NCBI GenBank assembly: GCA_964036045.1
Contig: OZ038378.1
Span: 185,752,001-185,816,000, forward strand
Source: Eutreptiella sp. 'Long Island Sound 2002'
Lineage: Eukaryota; Protista; Euglenida
DNA: 64,000 nucleotides
Reading direction: 5' to 3'
Shown: one piece after another, positions 12,100-23,092 of the stretch
Numbering within the stretch: the first letter of the stretch is position 1
Layout of the letters: every line of letters starts with the position of its first letter
Notes under the pieces: generated by a model
What the model was told of the DNA's origin: nothing
The model's database searches: none
The model's input: only the letters and a program-made list of their open reading frames with translations
Program-made: the position numbers and the translations under genes

Positions 12100-13600
12100 C
12101 CTAATGTCATAGGCATTGGCAAGCCACTCGTCTGAGTTGCAGGACCACTGTGAGGTGGTTGAGGCAGTGTTGTCGTCTGATGTTTTTTTTGGGGGCGGTG
12201 GGCCAGGCATAAGGCTGACCCGGCCAAAACATGCAGTTGGTAGAACATTTTTCACCAGGTCCACTTTCCCTGACGCGGATGCATATAGGAGTTCCCTTTT
12301 CCTCACATCCCTAGTACTGTCTCTCAGTATACCAGCGTGCTGTCGCTGGGGTGCTGAAATGTGGCAGTGTGTTCAAAACTGCCCGCAATAGCTTCCTTCC
12401 TCTCCGTTGCCCTCTCCCTCTAGGGCGTTCACGCTCAAAAAAGCAGTGTGTGAACAGACACGGAGTAATACCTCATCAACAGACAACTTATGCACGTGTA
12501 GGCAAGAAAGGGGATGTCTAACTACCACTCGCACGAGGTAACATGCCGTGTGGACACTTTTTGGAAAGCTCTGGTTGCCTGTCTTCAGAGCCCGGCTCAC
12601 ACGCTCCCAGTGCGGCAGGTGGTCATACCAAGATCATGCAGACGCTGCATCATGTCACTTTGTTCTTCGGACTTCAGCTTGTAGTCCAACTTGGGCTTGA
12701 AATGGCTGGCTGTGGACAGGCAACACAACACATGTGCGTAATTCTTGGGAAACGAAGGCATTGGGACAACCAGTAACCACCACGATTCTCCATTGCGCGT
12801 TTAGTGGGTGGTCAGTGAACAAGACACCAGCATTATGCCTGCCCCTGCATGACATAACTCATGCCACCTTCCCCCACCTTCCCCACATTATTCATACCAC
12901 CTTCGCCTTCTCGAGCAGCCCAGAACCCCTTTGGAGCACTTGTTTTCTTAACACCATGCCCATGGGCAGCCTGCCATGAAGACTGCTCAGACCAATGTTG
13001 GCTTCAAGCCACTTATTGAGGTGTGGTTTGCAGCAACTGTGTTTGCAAAGAGGGCCAGGGACGGGCTGCCTATGAGCCAGGCCTCAGGGGGAATTAGCAG
13101 CCTGAGCAACCGAATGGGACACAAACCAGAGCAAACCTGAAGCAACAACCTGACGATCACCAGTGACCGCCTTGCGGACCAAAGCACTGCTGCTGCGTGC
13201 TGGCGCAGCACATGCACCGTATGGATCATGCAGGACCCCCGCGCTCCAGCCCGCCCTCTAAGGGCAGCCACAGTAGGTGAAGCATGTGCTAACCTTGTGA
13301 ATGCGCAATGGCAGCAGCCCGAACAAAACACGGCAATGAATCGAATTGCACATCATGTGACTGAGATGTGCCTTGATCCAGCCTTGTGGGGGCCCTGGGG
13401 AGCAGTCTGGCCCAGCAACCTGGCCACCCCCTCCCCCCCCCCCGGGAAGAGTAAAGGTTTCGGGGTAGTGCAATAACGTACAACATGCATGCGGGGATTT
13501 CAAGTCGTTCCGGTGTGACGAAAATTGTGCACCGGTCCCAACCATGTGATGCAGATGCACATGGTCCACGGACCACACTTGGGGCTAACACCTGCGACGG
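12100..13600 (-). pseudogene. Degenerate non-LTR retrotransposon coding remnant
   Basis: Minus-strand frames are protein-like but broken by stops, and include FLPTRA (~12490-12510), resembling the LPTR motif that precedes the LINE zf-RVT finger. Confidence 0.4.
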
Positions 13601-13659
13601 CAGGTGCCAGCAGGCGTCAGGCACCTTGACAGATGCACACACACACTCTCTCTCTTTGT

Positions 13660-13930
13660 TTGTGTGTGTGTGTGTGACGCCCAACTATTCAACCAAAGCA
13701 ATAGTGTTCGCTATGATACACCACTTCAACAGCTTTGTCAGCACTGCAGCAGTGTTTTCCCACGACGCTCCGCGCGGCCTTTCCTCCATCTCAGCAAGAC
13801 AGCAAAACTATGTACAGCCCATGCATCCCTACCGCGCCCTGCAGCCCCATATGCATGCCCACTCCCTCCGCAAGGGTCCCCATGGACGAGTTTGCGCCGG
13901 CGCGCGGCGGTGGAGTGACCGACGTGACAC

Positions 13931-13961
<31 letters not shown>

Positions 13962-14130
13962 TACAACAAAAACAGAAGTGCGAAAAAGAAATTCTCTCAC
14001 GCAGGAACAGATGCTCTAGATACAGAGGATGTGTAGTCAGCAACTGCCAGTACACAAACAGAATGGGGTCAGGCTCAGCGCTGACATGCACACACACACA
14101 TACACACATATACACACACACACACACAGA
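13660..14130. repeat. (TG)n/(CA)n microsatellites flanking a short repeat (family H)
   Basis: (TG)n at ~13660-13676 and ~13930-13958, and (CA)n at ~14088-14128. The block after the first run is homologous to 30695-30775. Confidence 0.75.
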
Positions 14131-15299
14131 TGCGACACATACAGTGCAGTGACACGGATAAGAACACACACTGACCTGCATGCATCCACATCACACAGCC
14201 CAGGTGATGTCTGCACATGTCCCGGCAGGTGTCAGCGAGTGCCCCAATTTTCCTTGGCACGTGTCGGTAGGTATCACAAAGGGTGTAGCAGGGGTCGGCA
14301 GGTGTGTGCAAACATTTCGGCAGGTGTTGGCGCCAAGTATGCCTCGGACAATGGTTTGCAAGCACAATCAGGCGCATACGTGGGGACGGCATGGCGCCGT
14401 TGGGAAAGCTTGACAGCATGCCATCCCGCATGACATATTGCGACGGTGGTTGTCCCAATCTCATCTTGGCCAGTGGGGGGTCTTCCGCTAGCCCCTTGTG
14501 AAAGAAAACACCGTATCCTAATGTGAACAGGAGCGTCACGAGGCCAACGGGTGCAGGGTCTTGCTTAGTAGTAGCAACTGATTGCCCCGGGAACCTCAAG
14601 CGCCTGAAACCTCAGGTGGTGGCTGACACCTGCGGTGGTCGCAAAATGTCAGTTGATCTTCAGAAACCGTGACCCAAACAGAGAGAACAAACAGCAACAG
14701 CAAAATTGCTGAGCTCGGTGCCTCAATGGATTCGGAATGAACAACCTAAGGCATGTGATGCACCAATTGTTTCACTGCAACCCCCCCCCCCCCCAGGGCT
14801 TGAATTGGAAGGGGGGTTTTGTGGGGGGGCTGGTCTGGGACACCTGCCATGACATTACACCTGTGCCCTGCGACGTGTGTTGCGGCTTCTGCCTTGACAC
14901 CGCCCGAGCCGACGAGCAAACCAGGCTGAATGCGGAGGGCGACGACCGTCCAGAAGACACCTGGATCCCAAATTGGTACGGCCAAGACACCTTGCCTCCC
15001 TGGGAAAAGGGCGTCTCTCACACGTGTATTCCCTCCTTTGGCTTGGGCTTGGGTGCAGGTACAGGCATGAGCTTTCCTTCCATCAAATCTCTTGCACGGC
15101 ACCATTGATCTTCAAATCCCTGCATCATAGTCCATACACTGTGCTGCGGAAACCCAAACATTTGGCTTCTCACTGTATCACTACATTTGTCAGCGAATTG
15201 ACATTAGGTTCCCGATTGATATGGTCCGCATACCTACTGTACCTGGGACAAGGGCGTGAGGGGACAGATGGTGGCGGGGCAGGCCTGAATTAGATTATT

Positions 15300-15425
15300 C
15301 TTTTTGGCAATGGTGTTGCCCCCCCCCCCCCCCCCGACCAAAGTGGCCATGGCGGAAAAAGAGCAAAATTACAATTGGGAAAATCTGGTCAGGCCATTTT
15401 TGGGAAACAATCTGTTGGGTCCCAT
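15300..15425. mobile_element. Interspersed repeat family B, partial
   Basis: Poly-C-gaccaaagtg...ggaaaatctggtcaggccatttttggg is similar to the reverse complement of 58830-58880 (ggaaaagatttttgagccatttttggtacacaaac). Confidence 0.5.
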
Positions 15426-15813
15426 GTCCTGCCTTTAGGCGAAACCAGTCTGCTCTGGTGTCCTCAATTTCCACTTTCTCGTGTCACTGTCGTCTACGCT
15501 GAGTTCTGCCCCGTCCGATCCCCCGTCAGACCCCTCACTGGGGTTGCCCTCGAGCCTCCCTTGAGCATCTCTGGTGCCGCCAGTCGTACCCCAACCACAT
15601 CCGTCAACAACCAAATACCGTTGGCTGGGGTGTTCTCTAGTAACAGGCGACAACAAACCACCTGCAAAAGCACATCCTGCACACGATACGCTTCTACACG
15701 GCTTGTCCATTTCTGTGGGTCCATACGTCCGGCACATGCTCTGCTGTTTCCTTTGTAGCTGTTTGCGCAACGGAAGAACGTGGGCACTGTTGCCCTATGT
15801 TCGGCGCGCTGCG

Positions 15814-15848
<35 letters not shown>

Positions 15849-17399
15849 ATTAGTGGGTAGAACAATATTAAAGAGGGAGGCCCGCATGGGTCCAGGGCCC
15901 CCAGCGGTCGCCTGAGGCGCCAGCTTGAAAAAGACAAAAAACCACAGCCCTGACGGGTTGTGGAGCTGCCTCTGGTGCCTGCTCGGGTCGCGGTAGGGGG
16001 CCTCACCTGAGCCAGAACCTCTGGGGCGTGGGGGTTATGTCACCTCGTGTGTCCCATTAGTGTCCCCATTAGTGTCCCATCACCATCTTCACGCTCAAGG
16101 TTATCATCCACTCGCACAGCATCCCGGTTCTCCACATCCACACCCGAATTTTCGGTCTTATCTCTGGGTTGTCGCACGCTAAAGCCCAATGGTGTGACAC
16201 CCAGTGGACTCCCATATGCTTGATATCACACCTTCTTTGGGGTCACAACATGTGCGCACCCCTACCAAGCGATCACATGCCCACCGCCCAGCCCGTTTGG
16301 CCCCAGAATGGCGTCCACGTAGGGTGTTGTCTTCTCAGGTCAAGGAGGGCGGCAGGGCCTGGCCCAGGTATACGCCACTGCGACTGCCCCCAAAACAACC
16401 CCACCTACCCAACCTTCTCAAAGGATAGTGCCCTGCCCCCCTCAGGTTAGGCACTTAAGGCCGTTGACACAGAATGCCCTTGAACACACCAATCATTTCT
16501 CTACGGTTGAATATGAATGAAATTTGTCTACTTTGGCTCTACTCCGTGCACCCTCTGGTGCAGATGCCCCACCGAGAGCTCAGTCCTGGGACCCCGGCTT
16601 TTAGAGCCGCTCTCTATCAGGGGGGCTATTGCATGGCGGCATGGGAATCCCATTCCCTTGTGCACACAGCGCACTGTCCCCACAGTATGAGATGCGTTTT
16701 CTGTCGCTTGTTGGAACCATGGAATTGACAGTTCTACTTTTCTGGTCAGGAGATATGGAGCGCTGCCCCCCCCCCCCCCCCTCCACACCTTCTCTTTGTG
16801 TTCCTGCCACAGGAGTGCGGAACCGCGTCAATGACTTTGTTGAGCTGCTTCGGTGACAGCCGCTCCCTCCCTCTTAAACTAAGACGTCGACACTGCCTTC
16901 AGGGCCCTATACATACCATGCAGGCCATTTTCCTGACGTTCTCAGAGAGTCACTGTGTTTACACTTTTCATCTGAGCTTTAGCTGCACCACTATCAACTG
17001 CAATTTGCGAGGCCTTGAATCCTCTGTGCCCCCCTCCCCCCAGCCCTGCCCAGGTTTGCTTGGTTCACGGGGGGTGCAACTCCTTGGGTTTGGACGCCAA
17101 CTACCCCTTGCCCACCCTCTAACCATACCATCACCCTAACCCTCTGGCCCTAATCTTTGCACTGAGCTGGTTCGGCCATGCCAGCCATGTTGATTAGGCT
17201 GAACAAGATCATACCCCATAACAATATGTGCGCCCTGTGCATGTAAATCGGCCGTTTTCTTTTTTCAAACACGGTCCGCCCCCTTTCTGGTCTTTTCGGG
17301 CTTTGACCGGCGTGTATTGGAACCCGCGTACGCCAGCCATACCCCTGGGGGTGCGCGGTTGGGCAATCTCCCACACGGTGCCACACTGTTTATTACTTT

Positions 17400-19500
17400 T
17401 TGCTGCAAATTTCCCCTGCCCTTTCTCCTTTGCCTGCCAGCCCCCTAACCATGGACTTGGGATGTGGGTACCTTTGTACGTAGGGCTGGCCTCCTAATTT
17501 ACTGGACCTTCAACCTATGTGACAAAAAAAAAGGAGATAGCGAGCACTTTTGCAAAACTGCTCCATCCCACAACTGCTGCAATCGCTTCACGACTGCTCC
17601 GGACACCCCCTGCTGGCCCCCATCTCACAAGTACACTTTGGATTTCCGGACTACATCTTTCACCAGAATCAAATTTTGGTCACCGACACCAATTTTTGGA
17701 AAAGAAATTGGTTTGGTAAAATTTTTTGGTCTTTGTAAAAGCGTTCAAGGTTCAAGGCTACAGAGCCAAACCAACTGGTGCTTGTGTCTGCTGTGCCAGC
17801 AACCCCTGGACCCACTGAGTGAAAATGTTGGGGACCATCTGCAGGCCTGAAATTGCGCTATTGTGCTGTGGGCACCAGGGTGGTGCCACAATTCCTGCCA
17901 AATTCTGGATGCCTGATACCCCCCCACCGTTTTCCAGACGAATTTGCCTAGCCCTGAGTCAATGGTGCTCTGCCTGCACAGGGAACCCCCCTGTGCCAGC
18001 CCCGTTACCAACAATAGGCGGTTGTAATGATCCCTTCACTTCACTGAACTGCGTTGTATTATCAGTTCCTAGGCTGGGCCTGCATAGGTTCTTGGAGACA
18101 GGAGAATCATCGGTGCATCGGATGCTACACAACTCCTGAACAGATCCTGGACAAGGCGTGGGGAGGCACGTTTGGTGCTGCGCATGCAATGCCCCGCCAC
18201 TCACTTCAAGACTCAACAACCGACCCCCTTGACCTGCCCACGAAACTGCACACCACCAGAACTTCGCATCGGGACCTTCGCACGTTTTTCGACCCACGTG
18301 ATGTCGCACATGGCGCAATATGCCACCTTACAAGGTGCAGTACAATTTTGGCCCAGGCCAAGTTCTGGATGAGAAATCTCTTCTGAATTCTTGGTTCTGG
18401 TTCGTCTGGGCGCATTGGTCAGGGACCCTCCACAAAACCCCAGCAGAGGCAAGGAGAGAGGGTGGTGTGAACGGGCCGCCCCCACCTCAAACTGCCCGCG
18501 AAGAAACGGGTCATCCCTCGGCCAGCATAATACAATACCGGAACGGCCGGAACGGACTGTGAGCTCGCAGCCGATGGGTTTCCCAGACCACGTGGGAGGG
18601 GCTACATCCAGGTGGATTGGATACCGGGCGGTGACGAGTGCCATGGCTTTGCTGTGACCTGCTTTCACTGGTCGACCTGGTTTGCCGAAATTCAGTGTTT
18701 CCACCGCTGCTGCGTGCGCCCAGAATTGTTTTTCTTGTTGGGTGTGACCCGATAAAAAACAGTGGAAGAGCCCAAAAAACAGGAGTGCAAAGTGTTACTA
18801 TTGTCATAATGGCTGAAGCCACCACAATTTCATCTCCTGGACCAAACATATTGACACGGGTGGGAAATGCAACACAGGGCCAGGGGGTTCCGGGTTTCAC
18901 CGGGGCCCACCAAACGTCCCCCATCGGTGGTGCGCAGCATCCCCGGGCATTTGGCCCGTTGAGGGAAAGCAGGGGTGGCTTGGCACTGTGGTCCGTGGGC
19001 AGGGGGCCCGCCCTTGTGTGGGCGGAGACGAACCCATCGAACCTCGGAAACCCAGCGTCGGCGCCCGGGTGCTACGACCATGGTCCAGGGGCCGAGGGTG
19101 TGCGTTGTGGGGCCAAGGTGCGCCCCGTGCTGCCCCGGTGTGCCTGGGCAAAAGGGGGGGGGGTCCGGTGGCAAAACACGACAGTCACGTCCCAACAGGA
19201 CTAATTGTAAAGAAAGGATGCCACTTTCCACGACCCCAACCCCTCTGGCCCCCTGCTCCTCAGCACGGGACGTTGGGCGCACTTGCAAAGACCACTGGTC
19301 ATCATCCCACCCCATATTCTCCACGTCTGCGGCCCTCTGCCCCCACTGCAGCCGCTTTGTACCCAGCCCAACATCTGCCCCCCCTCCCCCCCTCCCCCCA
19401 GCCCCCCCGTTCCCACACAAGAAGAATTCTGCCGGGCTGTGCACAAGCGCCTTGCCCTCCAGTGAGTGGCAGGGTATTTGCGCGTTGAATACCTTCAAGG
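17400..19500 (-). pseudogene. Degenerate retroelement-like coding remnant
   Basis: Long broken frames. The segment 18850-18950 (gggaaatgc.acacagggcc.ggggttccgg...catc.gtggtgcgcagcat) recurs at 52735-52805, so it is a dispersed repeat. No diagnostic motif was read. Confidence 0.4.
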
Positions 19501-21313
19501 GCCAGCGTGGCTTTCACCGAGCGTTCCTTCGCCCACTAGACCATTGAAATGCACTGCTCATGAAACTTCGAGGTGATTCCTTCGGAACCACTCAAACTTC
19601 CGTGATGAGCAGACCTCCCAAATTTACCTCAGCGGCACTTGAAACCGGCAGTAACTGTTTGTGCAGCCGGCTGTACCCTTCGTGCGGACCGCCTCCGCCA
19701 CGTCCCCCACGTTAGCGCCGAATAGCAGGTTCATGATGCAGGGAACCATTTGATGCGCAACTTGCATTTTCCACGTGGGCTTTCTTCGACGATGTGATCG
19801 CAGGTGAGGCATCACCACACAGCACACGCTCGCTGTTCTGCTGAGGGTGTGGGTGTCATCCATCACCAGGTCCTGCCGCAACCCCATGTGAGACGGTGCG
19901 TTACTCTGACCCGACTGTCATTGCCACTGTCAGCGCGTTTAATGACCAGGCGCCAGGACATGTCCCGATAGGACTAGGACAAGCGGAACGTAGTGAGAGA
20001 TGCATGTGGCGTTAAGAGCGTGTGGGACAAGGTTGTGGTACTATTGACAGCGAGTGCTGAGCCATCAGCACTCAACGAAGAGGACGTGGACCGCATCGAC
20101 ATCACACAAGAACCCTCTGCGAATGACTTGAGCGGCGGAGGATGCCCTCTCAGCAACACCAACGCACTGGGCTTTGTACCAGCTGCGACCTACGCTTTCG
20201 AATGGCATCGCACGCATTCTCGGACCGCACCCCAGGTTTATGCTCCGATGGAGCTTCAATATGGAGCACCTTCGGGGCCGAGAAGTTGCGTAGATGAGCG
20301 GTCATGCGCCGAACGCCTGAACGAAGTGCAGGAGCGCGGCTGCTGCCCCAGACACTAGAGTGTCGGTGACCCCGTGCGCCGGAAGGGACGCTACGAGGGA
20401 TAGCGGAGCACTTTCCGGTGGCGTCTGGGACATTGCCCGGGCCACCTCCCCTTATCTCACGTTGTTGGCCTTACAAGGCACTTTGCAGCGAGTGGTCAGC
20501 GCTTTGACTGATCACTCGCTGCACCTCAATACACCGGCCGTCGACAGCAGCTGCTGCTCGAAAAGACGTGGATCGTGGCAGCGACCGGGAGTGCAGCAGA
20601 AAATGCAACCTCCGTCTGCGTCGGGGGCAAGGTCGCGGATGAGCACCAACGTCCAGAGGTGCAGCGGCGCGCCGCCCGTCGCTTCGGGCCCGCGTCCAGA
20701 AACGCCGTGCAGTGCCGGTCGCGGACCAATGCGCCCAATGTGTAGACACCGCCGGGCGCTGGAGGGTCTGCAGGAGGTGCCCCAGGCAGCTCCTGGAGCG
20801 CGCCTTCCGGGCGTAGGCACGGCACTGTCATGCCCGACGCGACTGGGAACGGCCAGACTGCCCAATGGCGGTGCGCTTGACAACGCGTACTTCGGGCCCT
20901 TCGGAGGTGGGGAGGGGTTGGTATGAGTGACGAGCCCCGGCTGCGCACCTTCGAGCATGGGCCCCTTTCACACACCAAGCGCGACTCGGTAGTAGCCTCC
21001 CACAACTGCGGTCTGCTGATCAGGATGCAGTGGGACCGCCCTCGTTGCCAGCGGGTGTCTTGTGCAGGGATGCCTTCGAAAGGGGAAAGGCGTGCCCCTT
21101 CCCTGGGACTCAGGGCTTTGCCGGCCGCTTTCCCAGGCTTGTCACTGGCATGTAGGCACTCGGATACGTTGACTGCGGCTGATGCCTACTGAGACGCAGT
21201 TCGGTTTACCGCCGGTTCTACAAGACAGTTACTGCCGGTTACAAATGCCGGGCCGCTGGGGAAAGGAAGCTGGTCTGGCCCGCAGGCTGTCGAACACAAG
21301 GGCGCAAACCACA

Positions 21314-23061
21314 TCACTTGTGGTGCCGGGGGACATCCAGACGGAAGAACTCCGCGTTGCGGATGTGGGACATGTTGCCTGTTGTGCCCCCGTGCATGTA
21401 CATGGTCCCCTGCGGTGCGACCATTGCGGCGGCGTGGGTGTACCTGATGCAGAGCAGCCCGCACATATGATAGCACACGGGATGGGGTCACAGAAGAGGG
21501 GAAGGGGATTGAAAGGGGCGGGTCAGGGTGACAGGCTGCTGATTGAGGGAGGGAGGACCATCACCACGGGTGTCTGGAGATACAAACACCACCCAACACA
21601 ACACATCATAACACAACAAATCATAACACAACACCAACACAACATAACACAAAACACAACACAACACAACACAACACAACACAACACAACACAACACAAC
21701 ACAACACAACACAACACAACACAACACAACACAACACAACACAACACAACACAACACAACACGACGCAAAACACAACACAACACAACACAACACAACACA
21801 ACACAACACAACACAACACAACACAACACAACACAACACAACACAACACAACACAATGAAACACAACACAAAACAACACAACACAACACAACACAACACA
21901 ACACAACACAACACAACACAACACAACACAACACAACACAACACAACACAACACAACACAGCACAATGAAACACAACACAACACAATGAAACACAACACA
22001 ACACAATGAAACACAACACAACACAACACAACACAATGAAACACAACACAACACAACACAACACAACACAACACAACACAACACAACACAACACAAAACA
22101 ACACAACACAACACAACACAACACAACACAACACAACACAACACAACACAACACAACACAACACAACACAACACAACACAACACAGCACAATGAAACACA
22201 ACACAACACAATGAAACACAACACAACACAATGAAACACAACACAACACAACACAACACAATGAAACACAACACAACACAACACAACACAACACAACACA
22301 ACACAACACAACACAACACAACACAACACAACACAACACAACACAGCACAATGAAACACAACACAGCACAATGAAACACAACACAACACAATGAAACACA
22401 ACACAACACAATGAAACACAACACAACACAACACAACACAATGAAACACAACACAACACAACACAACACAACACAACACAACACAACACAACACAACACA
22501 ACACAACACAACACAACACAACACAACACAACACAACACAACACAACACAACACAACACAACACAACACAACACAACACAACACAGCACAATGAAACACA
22601 ACACAACACAATGAAACACAACACAACACAATGAAACACAACACAACACAATGAAACACAACACAACACAACACAACACAATGAAACACAACACAACACA
22701 ACACAACACAACACAACACAACACAACACAACACAACACAACACAACACAACACAACACAACACAACACAACACAACACAACACAACACAACACAACACA
22801 ACACAACACAACACAATGAAACACAACACAACACAACACAACACAACACAACACAAAACAACACAACACAACACAACACAACACAACACAACACAACACA
22901 ACACAACACAACACAACACAACACAACAAAACACAACACAACACACGGCACCGCACCGCAACACCAAAGAACACAACATGGCACAACAAGAATGTTGCTG
23001 TGCAGAGTTGAGTTGACTTGTGCTTTGTTGTGTGGTGTTGGGTTTGCGTTGTTGTGTCCTG

Positions 23062-23092
<31 letters not shown>

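Noticed and set aside
15435-15770. Possible first exon of the repeat-protein gene
   Set aside because: No convincing repeat motif and no phase-consistent splice path to 7911.
21590-22985. Regular array resembling CRISPR
   Set aside because: 5-bp units with no unique spacers, in a eukaryotic intron, with no cas genes.
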